DNA of 64,000 bases from a virus (Duplodnaviria > Caudoviricetes), in IMG/VR virus record IMGVR_UViG_3300042465_005116, positions 96,001 through 160,000 of that record, one strand, 5' to 3'. Shown in pieces: positions 29,874 through 38,927 of this stretch. The notes under the pieces were generated by a model. It was not told the DNA's origin and searched no databases. It was given only the letters and a program-made list of their open reading frames with translations. A program made the position numbers and the translations under genes. Position 1 is the first letter of the stretch. The number at the start of each line of letters is the position of its first letter.

Positions 29874-30231
29874 TTATTTTAAGGTTTAATTTTTTAGCTA
29901 TTTCCATTCCGCGATTCCACGCATCTAATTCGTTTAAGAACTGACCCATCATAAATTCTTTTGGGTGGTCGGTATCATCAATGTTTTTATATGCATTACA
30001 TCCAATATTAGTTGCAGGTTGTAGGACGTGGCCGCATTCATGCAATAGGGCATATAACCCGTTATTATTTAAATCATAATTATGATGTATCGTTATACGA
30101 CGTGTAAAGTGTCCCATAAACAAAGTGGAATCACTCAATATAACATCAACTCCTTTTGTATCAGAAATCCAATCAACTACTTTTTGAAATTGAATTGGAA
30201 ACTTACGATTTTTAAATTTATATTTACCCAT
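29797..30231 (-). CDS. zincin-like HExxH protein
   Basis: LLHECGH...ELDAW. Confidence 0.65.
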   Translation of the reverse strand: MGKYKFKNRKFPIQFQKVVDWISDTKGVDVILSDSTLFMGHFTRRITIHHNYDLNNNGLYALLHECGHVLQPATNIGCNAYKNIDDTDHPKEFMMGQFLNELDAWNRGMEIAKKLNLKINEKQFEKEKSEALLTYFTTTPPTFS

Positions 30232-30239
30232 AGTATATT

Positions 30240-30683
30240 TTAATATTTTATTCCGTGTCTTTCTTCAAACTTATCTTTAACCATTTGTGCAGATTTGGTA
30301 TAACCTTTATCATCTAACATTTGGTATGCTAATCTATCTGCCTCAATCTCTTCTTCTGCCGAATTATTCTTTGTTAATCCATGTCCTAATATGAAGTGTG
30401 CAACTTCATGTGCTTCAATCCATTTTAGAATATGTTTATTTAATTTTTGTTCACCATCAATTAACATCAATTTTTCAGATATGTTAGCGGGTATCATAAA
30501 CCCAAATCCATATGATTCAAATAATGGTTTAACAACTGAATAACGGAAATCATCAGAGCCAATTATATTGACAATGATATCATTACCAAATTCACTTCTA
30601 AATTGTTTCGTTTTCATAAAATAAGTTATATTCGTTTTCCTTTGCATAAGCAATAACTTCATATGGGTGAGTGTGATAATCAC
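30240..30683 (-). CDS. zincin-like HExxH protein (ImmA/IrrE-like)
   Basis: AHEVAH...EIEAD; true start probably MKTKQF. Confidence 0.65.
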   Translation of the reverse strand: MIITLTHMKLLLMQRKTNITYFMKTKQFRSEFGNDIIVNIIGSDDFRYSVVKPLFESYGFGFMIPANISEKLMLIDGEQKLNKHILKWIEAHEVAHFILGHGLTKNNSAEEEIEADRLAYQMLDDKGYTKSAQMVKDKFEERHGIKY

Positions 30684-30975
30684 ATCCCATATTATAGTAT
30701 CGTGTCATCCAAGCAGGAGATTGTAAATAATGTTGATATTCGTGAATAAGAGTACGAACTAAATCCTCGATAGATTTGATATTTTTCCAATATACAATCA
30801 ATTCATTTTCATCAGAACAATACTCACCGATTAAATCAGGTTCGTCTGCATCTGAGTATGGGGAATCCTCAATTGATAAGTACGGAAATGATTCTTGATA
30901 TTTAGAATATCCATAGTGTTTGCATATCTTATCATAGTAAACATTAACTATATTTGTAATATCTTTCTTAGTCAT
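30598..30975 (-). CDS. zincin-like HExxH protein
   Basis: LIHEYQH...HPYE; paralog at 55204-55614. Confidence 0.65.
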   Translation of the reverse strand: MTKKDITNIVNVYYDKICKHYGYSKYQESFPYLSIEDSPYSDADEPDLIGEYCSDENELIVYWKNIKSIEDLVRTLIHEYQHYLQSPAWMTRYYNMGCDYHTHPYEVIAYAKENEYNLFYENETI

Positions 30976-31054
30976 ATAAAGCTAATATACGAACAATTAT
31001 TGGTATTACCAAATATTTTTTGATGTTTTTTCGAACCAATTGATAACCAATTAG

Positions 31055-31777
31055 TTAGCGAGTAGGGTTACTTTTTTCCTTAAATTCTTCGTATGCATCT
31101 AATAGGGCATCTACGACTGGGTGGCGGTGATTTGTAAGTAGAGTCTGAGAATCCATATCCTTAATTTTCTTTGCTGCGGTTACTAAGAATTTGAATCCAC
31201 TATCTCCTCTATACTTTAAATCCACTTGTTGTGAATCGCCACATACTACCATCTTGCTCCTCAATCCCAAGCGAGATGTAATCATTTCCATTTGGTCATT
31301 AGTGCAGTTTTGTGCTTCATCTACAATAATGAATGCATCTAAGAAAGTTCTACCTCTCATAAATGCAAGGGGTACGATTTCAACTTCACCACTTTCTAAT
31401 ATTTTATCAATCTTTTCTTTATTGTATAATTGATAAAAATTGGAATAGATTGGTTGCATCCACGGCTCCATCTTTTCTCTAAGGTCACCGGGTAAGAAAC
31501 CGATTTCCTCCTTACTAACTGTCGGACGAGTAATGATAATTTTGTTTATGGATTTTTTAAAAAGTAAATCTAAAGCTACCTGGCATGCCAAAAGTGTCTT
31601 ACCACTTCCAGCCTTACCACTTAAAATGGTAATTGCATTATTTAGGATTTTATCTTTAGCTTCTTTTTGTTCTTCGTTAAGAGTTAATTGAAATTTTATT
31701 GGACTCTTAGGTCTTTGTTTTAGGTCTTTGATATTTTCTGTAATCTCTTTATGCTTTGATGATGAATTATCCGCCAT
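31055..31777 (-). CDS. phoH: PhoH-like ATPase
   Basis: GKAGSGKT, GFLPGD..EK, FMRGRT, DEAQN, GD..Q.D, RH. Confidence 0.95.
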   Translation of the reverse strand: MADNSSSKHKEITENIKDLKQRPKSPIKFQLTLNEEQKEAKDKILNNAITILSGKAGSGKTLLACQVALDLLFKKSINKIIITRPTVSKEEIGFLPGDLREKMEPWMQPIYSNFYQLYNKEKIDKILESGEVEIVPLAFMRGRTFLDAFIIVDEAQNCTNDQMEMITSRLGLRSKMVVCGDSQQVDLKYRGDSGFKFLVTAAKKIKDMDSQTLLTNHRHPVVDALLDAYEEFKEKSNPTR

Positions 31778-31796
31778 AAGTTTTTTGTTATAAAAG

Positions 31797-32156
31797 TTAA
31801 ATTAATTTTCTTACCTCTTTTTTTTTCTGAATAGGTTTTCTTGTATTTTGGATGTCTTCTTTATATTTGACTATCTTTGCACATATTTCATATTCTTCCT
31901 TTTCTTGAAACCAATTTTTACAATGGTCTAATGCTTCAATGAAATCACTCTTAGGTACGATTGAAATTGCACTAGCATTTGGATGAACTAATATAGCAAC
32001 TTCACTCAATCCTTTTTTTGCTGCCCTATAAATGTTTGTTGAAACTTGATTCATTACTTCGAACCCACGTTTTTCTAAAAAACGAGCAACCCTTATATTG
32101 TTATTAGGGTCTAAATATTTTTTCCAATCAAGTGTAGTAAAAGTTCTGCTTTTCAT
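31797..32156 (-). CDS. hypothetical protein with UvrB/C-like motif
   Basis: EEYEICAKI. Confidence 0.55.
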   Translation of the reverse strand: MKSRTFTTLDWKKYLDPNNNIRVARFLEKRGFEVMNQVSTNIYRAAKKGLSEVAILVHPNASAISIVPKSDFIEALDHCKNWFQEKEEYEICAKIVKYKEDIQNTRKPIQKKKEVRKLI

Positions 32157-32205
32157 GATGAAATTATTAGATTACTATTAAATATCAGTTACTAAAAGTT
32201 TTAGA

Positions 32206-33132
32206 TTATCGTATGTTATAATAATCATTTCGAAATTGTATTTGTGAATTATGTCCATCGTTATAATATCCTGGCCCATAGTAATCAGTTGGGTAATATA
32301 CTCCACCATTTCTATATCCGCCATATGAATAATCGGGTGTATAGTTAGAAGGGGTATATGGAGGCGATGGTGGTTCTGGTGGAGACGGTTCTGATTGGGG
32401 TGTTTGTGTGATATTCAAACTCTTATCTGATGGTCTTGTTATAATTATTTCTTTAGGTTTAAGAGTATCAGATGTTATTGCAATTGCAAATTCTTTATCA
32501 TTAAGTGTTTGTTTTAGATAATCACTCCATCCCATTCCAAATGTTCCTTGTGGGTCATGAGTAGTTATCCAAGTACCAATTCCATCAATTGGATATATAG
32601 GGTCACTAATTATTTTACCGGATTCAGTATTTCTAAATCCATCAGTAAAGACTACTAACCATTGAATATGTAATAACATTTCTTCAATTGTAGCAATCGT
32701 TTTAGTAACTTTAGTTTCTGAGTAAAGTTCTCCTATTGATAATTTATTTATCCTGTGATGGTTTTTTAATTCACCATAATCCATTGGTATTATTGGAACT
32801 GTAAATTTATTAAAATATGGGTTACCATCTTCTTTTGCTTTTAATAATTTTTCTTTAAAAGGGTCGGATGTCCATTCTTCTACAAACCCTTCTTCCTCAT
32901 CGTAAAATTGAACAATAAAATTAAAATCAACATATGGATATAGATTAGGGTCTAATACATTTAATTTATCAAGTGGATATGTTTTAAAATCAAGATAATT
33001 GGTTGTTCTATCTTTTCCATATTTACGCACGTATCCTTCCTCCTTTGAATAAAATGTTTTTATATTATTCAAATCGGTAGTTGTTTGTGCCGGATAAGTG
33101 TTTCGTAAATTTTCTAATCGAGTATAATCCAT
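32206..33132 (-). CDS. hypothetical late protein with Pro/Tyr/Gly-rich tail
   Basis: TATTTATA 3 nt upstream of ATG. Confidence 0.7.
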   Translation of the reverse strand: MDYTRLENLRNTYPAQTTTDLNNIKTFYSKEEGYVRKYGKDRTTNYLDFKTYPLDKLNVLDPNLYPYVDFNFIVQFYDEEEGFVEEWTSDPFKEKLLKAKEDGNPYFNKFTVPIIPMDYGELKNHHRINKLSIGELYSETKVTKTIATIEEMLLHIQWLVVFTDGFRNTESGKIISDPIYPIDGIGTWITTHDPQGTFGMGWSDYLKQTLNDKEFAIAITSDTLKPKEIIITRPSDKSLNITQTPQSEPSPPEPPSPPYTPSNYTPDYSYGGYRNGGVYYPTDYYGPGYYNDGHNSQIQFRNDYYNIR

Positions 33133-33160
33133 ATCTATAAATATGGATAACTGAAAAATA

Positions 33161-33370
33161 TTATTGTGGAGGGTCTTCTACTATTTCTGCTTCTTCAATT
33201 GTTCTACAAAAAATATAGGTAGCATTTTTTGTTCTAAACGCACAATCACAATTTAACCATTCCTTTATTGTAGCTACATCAGGTACTCGCTCGGTTGGGT
33301 ATTCCGCTACAACTTGATATAGATTATCATTTATTTTTTGTATGGGAAATGGTATTCCTGAGTTACGCAT
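33161..33370 (-). CDS. hypothetical protein
   Basis: ORF track. Confidence 0.55.
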   Translation of the reverse strand: MRNSGIPFPIQKINDNLYQVVAEYPTERVPDVATIKEWLNCDCAFRTKNATYIFCRTIEEAEIVEDPPQ

Positions 33371-33560
33371 TATTTATTGTATTCTTTGAATCCAACGATA
33401 ACAACCATTACCAACATCAATGCACCAAATATTTCTAGTAGAGATGATTGATTAGTTGGGTGGAGGTGTCCATCATATACATATACTGCTAGGGTTATCA
33501 ATAGTATCGTAAGGATTCCTTTTAAGTAATTTGAAAATGATTCGTTCATAATTTATAATT

Positions 33561-34676
33561 TTAATGTGAATCTTCTACATTATGTTTTTCTGCAAAGATT
33601 AAATAATCTGGGTTAATAACTTTTGCAATCTTTTGTCTTTCGCCGGTTTGGTGTTTGATTACAATTCCTTCCTCTGGTACTTTTGTATTTGGAATAAAAT
33701 TATTGAATGTGTATTTATCTTGTACTTCTTGTGACCAACTTCCGTAGTGTAAAATTTCTACATAAGGTAATTCCAAAATATCTTTAATCAGTAACCTAGC
33801 ATTAATAACACTTAAATACTCACTATTCTCTTTTACATCGAATCCTACGAACTTAATCTCCGTTAACCCATAATCATATCCCTTTTGGATTCCCGCTCCG
33901 TAAATCTCACCATATAAGGTAATACCATCACCAATCTCCGGCTCCATTGTATTACTCTTAACATAATCCCACAACTTATTTTTGATATCGTATTTCCTTT
34001 CAATATCATACCAAACATTGGTATCATAGAATCCTTGAGAATCAGAGCCTTTCTCTACATTATGTGAACCAACTACAAATTCATATTCAGTCCATTTGTT
34101 ACCAAACAACTTTTTAATTCTATCTAATATAGATAATTTAGTTTTCTTAACAATACCATAACGAGCATTTGTTCCGTGAATCTTACGAGTAATTTCCACA
34201 GTGTCATCTTCAGTAAACATTCCCGGTACATTTTTTAAGTTAGGAAACTTATAGTAGACATGAAAGTGTGGGTTATCTTGATAACGAATCTTTCTACCAC
34301 TTGCTAATTGAACCATTTTAACTGGTGGTTCATATTTGTAAATACCTAAATAATCCATCATATCATCACCTTCACTAACGATTGGTGTTAACGTATATGG
34401 AATAATTAAAGACTCACTATAAACTCCTCTTAACTTAACAGTTCTAACCCTACCACCATTACGAAGATAATTGGTTACTCCTAATTTTTCGGATAAATCA
34501 AATGGAATTACCGCATCGGTTGTTGCACATATTACTAACTCACCAACATTATGAGCATCTTTTTTTACTATACAATTCCAACCACCAACTACTGCTAATT
34601 CAATATTATCAGCACCATCAATAGGTTTAATTTCATTTATTTTTGCCACATAGCAAACTGAATTATTATTTTCCAT
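33561..34676 (-). CDS. RNA ligase, DRB0094/Rnl-like
   Basis: N-terminal OB domain (IDGADNIE), motif I TRKIHGTN, YGEIYG, FDV, EEGIVIK; true start MENNN at 34676. Confidence 0.85.
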   Translation of the reverse strand: MENNNSVCYVAKINEIKPIDGADNIELAVVGGWNCIVKKDAHNVGELVICATTDAVIPFDLSEKLGVTNYLRNGGRVRTVKLRGVYSESLIIPYTLTPIVSEGDDMMDYLGIYKYEPPVKMVQLASGRKIRYQDNPHFHVYYKFPNLKNVPGMFTEDDTVEITRKIHGTNARYGIVKKTKLSILDRIKKLFGNKWTEYEFVVGSHNVEKGSDSQGFYDTNVWYDIERKYDIKNKLWDYVKSNTMEPEIGDGITLYGEIYGAGIQKGYDYGLTEIKFVGFDVKENSEYLSVINARLLIKDILELPYVEILHYGSWSQEVQDKYTFNNFIPNTKVPEEGIVIKHQTGERQKIAKVINPDYLIFAEKHNVEDSH

Positions 34677-34677
34677 A

Positions 34678-34974
34678 TTATTTATTTTTAAATTGTTCAA
34701 ACCATTCTTTAAATGATAATTTACATTCAATTCCATCAGATACATTTGCTTTCCAGCAAGCCATAAATGATTCTGCCATATCTTCCTCACTATACATTCT
34801 TTCTTTAGATTTAACACCCACTCTAAATCCACTCCAAAAAATATTGGCTTCACGATTTAAATCTGATAGATTAGATTCTTTTTCAGTATCCTCAACCCAA
34901 TTTTCATACAATCCCAAATTCTCATCATATCTCATCATGTCAATGAGGTGTTGTTTTTGTTCTTCTTTTTTCAT
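34678..34974 (-). CDS. hypothetical protein
   Basis: ORF track; abuts ligase. Confidence 0.55.
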   Translation of the reverse strand: MKKEEQKQHLIDMMRYDENLGLYENWVEDTEKESNLSDLNREANIFWSGFRVGVKSKERMYSEEDMAESFMACWKANVSDGIECKLSFKEWFEQFKNK

Positions 34975-35018
34975 AACTTTTCTATTTCTTAAAGGTTTCG
35001 TCGTAGTATTGTGTTCCT

Positions 35019-35531
35019 TTATAATTTAATCTCAAAACGATTTTTCATTTGTTCTAACTTATCAGCAGGAACTCCATGTTGATTTACTCCACCATGTCTA
35101 TTCTCTACTATAATAGTGAATACCATATAACCATACTTTTCAGCTAACTTAAAATATTCTTCCATCTCCCATTCTTGAGTAAATGTATTTGATACTACAA
35201 TCTCTGGATAGAATTGTGGATTGACTTCGTTATCTTTCATACGAATTTCGACTTGTTCTTTACACCACTTATGTGCATCTTTTATTTTAGAACCATCAAA
35301 ATTATAGTTTCCTTCTTTATCATAAAAGAATTTATCTGCTTCACAAATTGCGTAATCATTCCAAATGAATCCGGCTAATGTTGATTTACCACTTCCTGGT
35401 AATCCCCTTACTAATGTTAATACTTTTGGTATCATATATTTTATTTCTTGTTTATCAATAAACTCTTTTATAGCTTGTCGTTTTTCATCATTGAATACAT
35501 CTTCCAATTTAATTTCTTGTTTAGTTTCCAT
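35019..35531 (-). CDS. P-loop kinase (AAA_33/polynucleotide kinase-like)
   Basis: RGLPGSGKST, EAD.FF, VSNTF, NRHG..N.HGVP. Confidence 0.8.
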   Translation of the reverse strand: METKQEIKLEDVFNDEKRQAIKEFIDKQEIKYMIPKVLTLVRGLPGSGKSTLAGFIWNDYAICEADKFFYDKEGNYNFDGSKIKDAHKWCKEQVEIRMKDNEVNPQFYPEIVVSNTFTQEWEMEEYFKLAEKYGYMVFTIIVENRHGGVNQHGVPADKLEQMKNRFEIKL

Positions 35532-35537
35532 ACCATT

Positions 35538-36191
35538 TTATCTATAATTTTCAACTATTTCGTGGTGGTCAAACACAAACATACTTTTGATTGGTTGTTT
35601 ATTCATCAATCTTAATATCTCACTCATTTCAATTGGATACAATTCGTTTCCATCACATCCCACATCCATCATTTTACCCGAACCAATTCGTTTATCAGCC
35701 GGAAAGTGAACGTGTCCATGCAAATGGATAGCTCCCCTAGCCATATTATCCCAACTTGCTATTGGAAAGTGCATTAGAGCGAATCTTTGTTCTCCCATTA
35801 AAGGAGTCCCTACATTCCACTTAACAACTAAGTTTAAGTATTTGTTTACGGAACTAAATAACTTTTGACAACCTTCTTTATCACTTTCAATGTGATGGTC
35901 GTGGTTACCGGTAATGATGTGAACATTTTTACAAAAAATGCTATCTCTGAATTTTTGTATTTGTTCGAATCCTCCAAAACTCCAATCACCTAAATGGAAA
36001 AGGATATCATCCTGTTCAACCTTTTCGTTGATGTTAGCAATAAGGTGTGAGTTCATTTGTTCCAATGATATGAATTCTCTACACGTTACGGGGTCTGACC
36101 ATTGGGTTGTAGATGAACATATATTAGCATGGTTGTAGTGGGTATCACTTGTGAACCATAACCTTTGTCCTTTGTTTAGATTTAATTTCAT
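35538..36191 (-). CDS. calcineurin-like phosphoesterase
   Basis: SDTH, HLGDW, GNHD, HLHGHVH, DVGCD. Confidence 0.88.
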   Translation of the reverse strand: MKLNLNKGQRLWFTSDTHYNHANICSSTTQWSDPVTCREFISLEQMNSHLIANINEKVEQDDILFHLGDWSFGGFEQIQKFRDSIFCKNVHIITGNHDHHIESDKEGCQKLFSSVNKYLNLVVKWNVGTPLMGEQRFALMHFPIASWDNMARGAIHLHGHVHFPADKRIGSGKMMDVGCDGNELYPIEMSEILRLMNKQPIKSMFVFDHHEIVENYR

Positions 36192-36217
36192 AACCTTTTC
36201 TTATAACCAAATATACA

Positions 36218-36258
36218 AAAAAAACCTCACATTACCAAATAATTTATGAGGTTTTTTT
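36218..36258 (-). terminator. terminator at end of tRNA array, overlapping a host-type promoter (36208-36240)
   Basis: AAAAAACCTCA...TGAGGTTTTTT. Confidence 0.6.
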
Positions 36259-36262
36259 ATAG

Positions 36263-36336
36263 TGGACCAGATAGGATTCGAACCTATGACCTCAACATTA
36301 TGAGTGTTTTGCTCTAACCAACTGAGCTACAAGTCC
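36263..36336 (-). tRNA. tRNA with CAT anticodon (Met elongator or Ile2)
   Basis: cloverleaf, loop CTCATAA, GGTTCGAATCC. Confidence 0.88.
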
Positions 36337-36474
36337 ATTATCGTTTAATCTAACGATAAAATCTGATATCGTTTCTTTCAACGATAAAAAATAAGCAGGT
36401 GTGGAATCACCTACTTATATAGTGAATGAGAAACATATGAATCTCTTGCGGCTATATCACCAAAGCCCATTAGG

Positions 36475-36588
36475 TGCCGGAGGAAGGATTGGTTACCTAC
36501 ACGATTTCCTTACGGAGTAATCAACTTTTTACAAAGTCACGTCTCAAGGTTTACTACCCAAAGGGAATGCTCTTTCCGCCACTCCGGC
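36475..36588 (-). ncRNA. expanded tRNA-like RNA (114 nt)
   Basis: acceptor-like stem GCCGGAG/CTCCGGC+A; type-II-like 5' end; degenerate T arm. Confidence 0.6.
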
Positions 36589-36604
36589 ATATATCTTTTT
36601 TTTG

Positions 36605-36678
36605 TGGAGGTGATAGGAGTCGAACCTACTACCCTCTGCGTGCAAGGCAGATGCTCTAGCCAAATGAGCTACACCCCC
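36605..36678 (-). tRNA. tRNA-Ala(TGC)
   Basis: cloverleaf GGGGGTG...CACCTCCA. Confidence 0.95.
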
Positions 36679-36792
36679 CCAATTAATGTAATGTCTGTAC
36701 GGTTTGTATCTTATCCACACTTTTATTGTGTTTCATTAGTTTCCATTTCATACTTAGCGTCCGTTCCGTCATTCTTTCGAATCATTACATCG

Positions 36793-36878
36793 TACCAGAG
36801 GTGGGAGTCGAACCCACACGAGCGATTTATGCTCAACAGATTTTAAGTCTGTCATGTCTACCATTCCATCACTCCGGC
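36793..36878 (-). tRNA. tRNA-Leu(TAA)
   Basis: type II cloverleaf, loop CTTAAAA. Confidence 0.95.
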
Positions 36879-36894
36879 ATTTATTCTAATTATC

Positions 36895-37329
36895 CTAATT
36901 TAGTTTACTTAATATTACCCCATTAAGTTTAGTATGATTATCATCTGGATTTATTAATATATCGATTTTATTTTTCCATCGCGGATTCATTAAATCCCTA
37001 ACGTAGTAAACTCCATTGTATTTTCCAGCATTTGACACTCTTACTTTTTCACCAAATTTAAATTTCTTTTTTATATCTCTACTTACTGCAATCACTCTAT
37101 GTTTTTTAGGATTATCCTCATCTAATTCAAAGCCACTCGCCGTTTCTAACGGAGTATCATCAGTTTGTAAAGGGTCAATTGTATATGTAGTCATCGTAAC
37201 AACAAATTTCTTAATTTCCTTAACAACCTCTTCCTTTACCATAGTTTCGATTTTGAATGGATTGGGTGGGGTTACATTTGATGGTAGGATTACCGCAGTA
37301 ATTAATAATATCAATATTAATCTTTTCAT
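36895..37329 (-). CDS. 3D-domain (DPBB) cell-wall-binding/lytic protein
   Basis: signal peptide; TASG, VIAVSRD, VRD, KIDIL. Confidence 0.8.
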   Translation of the reverse strand: MKRLILILLITAVILPSNVTPPNPFKIETMVKEEVVKEIKKFVVTMTTYTIDPLQTDDTPLETASGFELDEDNPKKHRVIAVSRDIKKKFKFGEKVRVSNAGKYNGVYYVRDLMNPRWKNKIDILINPDDNHTKLNGVILSKLN

Positions 37330-37368
37330 AATTTACATTTATGGTTAATAATAACTATTACACTTTTG

Positions 37369-37442
37369 TGATTCGGAAAGGATTCGAACCTTTGGCCTAT
37401 TCATTAGAAGTGAATTGCTCTATCCAACTGAGCTACCGAACC
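37369..37442 (-). tRNA. tRNA-Arg(TCT)
   Basis: cloverleaf, loop CTTCTAA. Confidence 0.95.
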
Positions 37443-37615
37443 AAATCGTTGTTTCAACTTGCAAGTTTACTCTTAACATCTCTTTCTCTACAACGTCTGA
37501 ATTTAATCAACATTTGTAGTCCGAATGTAGCTTCTGGGTAATTACTCCAATGCTTCTATGTAACTCTATATAACTTACTTTGTTACTAAGTGTGTTAAGT
37601 GTATGAAACAACTTG

Positions 37616-37689
37616 CGGAATGTATGGGACTCGAACCCATGACCTCATCCGTGACAGGGATGCATTCTAACCAACTGAACTAACACTCC
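37616..37689 (-). tRNA. tRNA-Asp(GTC)
   Basis: cloverleaf, loop CTGTCAC, G73. Confidence 0.95.
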
Positions 37690-37694
37690 AAATG

Positions 37695-37767
37695 AGCCTC
37701 CTGTCGGATTCGAACCAACGACCCCTTCATTACAAGTGAAGTGCTCTACCAACTGAGCTAAGGAGGC
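37695..37767 (-). tRNA. tRNA-Thr(TGT)
   Basis: cloverleaf, loop CTTGTAA. Confidence 0.95.
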
Positions 37768-37855
37768 GTTTGATAGGTGACCCTCCTATCGTGAAACTAT
37801 ACATCGTTTCTTTTCTTTATAGAACTCTATTCAGAGAACTGCTGGAACATTTTTG

Positions 37856-37927
37856 TACTCCCAACGGGATTCGAACCCGTATTACTACCGTGAAAGGGTA
37901 GTGACCTAACCATTAGTCGATAGGAGC
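37856..37927 (-). tRNA. tRNA-Glu(TTC)
   Basis: cloverleaf, loop CTTTCAC. Confidence 0.95.
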
Positions 37928-37945
37928 ATATAATTTTATAACAAT

Positions 37946-37979
37946 GTAAAGATACGAAGAATATTCCACATATCCAAAT
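37946..37979 (-). promoter_or_regulatory. Bacteroidota-type promoter inside tRNA array
   Basis: TTTGGA...TTCGTATCTTTAC. Confidence 0.65.
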
Positions 37980-38441
37980 TTAATTGTGTATTTTTACTAA
38001 GTGGTCAGCAGCATAAGTTGCTATTGGCCCTAATGATTTATATCTTACTGAATACCCCATACCTTCAACCATACCCACTGCTTGTCTAAACACTTCGTTA
38101 GATTTAAAGCGTGGGTCTGGGTTCAAGTCAATATCAATCCACTTAGGTTTTGGAATACCAGCCTCGCGTAATTCTTCGGCAGTTTCAATTGCAAACCAAA
38201 CTTCTTGTAATAATCTAACTGAACGGATTCTTTCTCTTTCACTATTCCATCTTCTATACAATACATGTGCACCCTTTCCTTTTCTATATAAGGCAACTAC
38301 GATTGCATAAATAGTTTTGTTACCTGAATTTTGTGAATCACAACCAATTAAGATTTCTGCATCGGTATTCGTAATCATATATTCTTTGATATATGAAATC
38401 AATTCCACTTCTTCTGCCGTATACAATTTTTTATAAACCAT
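37980..38441 (-). CDS. RNase H-like YkuK (DUF458) family protein
   Basis: IGCDSQ, RLLQEV, IDID.N, ATYAAD. Confidence 0.8.
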   Translation of the reverse strand: MVYKKLYTAEEVELISYIKEYMITNTDAEILIGCDSQNSGNKTIYAIVVALYRKGKGAHVLYRRWNSERERIRSVRLLQEVWFAIETAEELREAGIPKPKWIDIDLNPDPRFKSNEVFRQAVGMVEGMGYSVRYKSLGPIATYAADHLVKIHN

Positions 38442-38461
38442 AATTTTACCTTTTTATTTTG

Positions 38462-38536
38462 TACCCATAGTAGGACTCGAACCTACAATTGTGTGGTGTC
38501 TAAAGCCACTGCGTATTCCAATTCCGCCATACGGGT
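38462..38536 (-). tRNA. tRNA-Leu(TAG), short variable region
   Basis: 75 nt, loop TTTAGAC, Leu-type D arm. Confidence 0.8.
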
Positions 38537-38545
38537 ATATTTCAG

Positions 38546-38631
38546 CAGAGAGTGAGGGGCTCGAACCCTCGCGGCTTTAACACCCTAACGATTTAGCAAA
38601 CCGTCCCCTTCACCAACTTGGGTAACTCTCT
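38546..38631 (-). tRNA. tRNA-Ser(GCT)
   Basis: type II cloverleaf, G73. Confidence 0.93.
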
Positions 38632-38633
38632 AT

Positions 38634-38710
38634 TGGGGTGATTAATGGGATTCGAACCCATACTATCAGTACCACAAACTGACGTGCTAACCATTAACAC
38701 TATAAACACC
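38634..38710 (-). tRNA. tRNA-His(GTG), with G-1 and encoded CCA
   Basis: loop TTGTGGT, C73-CCA. Confidence 0.93.
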
Positions 38711-38715
38711 ATATG

Positions 38716-38785
38716 TTGCGTGTTTGAGGTTTGAACTCAATTGGTCATCCTTATGAGAGATAACTCTTTTCCACTAAGCCACGCA
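38716..38785 (-). tRNA. degenerate 70-nt tRNA(CAT), possibly pseudogene
   Basis: T arm and CTCATAA loop intact; about 3 nt short between acceptor and D stem. Confidence 0.55.
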
Positions 38786-38790
38786 ATGTG

Positions 38791-38862
38791 AGGCGGGTAT
38801 TGGATTCGAACCAATGTTAAAGGTTTTGCAGACCTCCTCCTAACCACTCGAGACAACTCGCC
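38791..38862 (-). tRNA. tRNA-Cys(GCA)
   Basis: cloverleaf, U73. Confidence 0.93.
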
Positions 38863-38927
38863 ATTATTTGTTGTTCACTTTTTTTGTTTGTTCACCGATA
38901 GTGAACACTCTAAATTTGTGAACATTG

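Noticed and set aside
33561-34853. 430-aa RNA ligase with long N-terminal extension
   Set aside because: The extension overlaps ORF 34678-34974; the real start is at 34676
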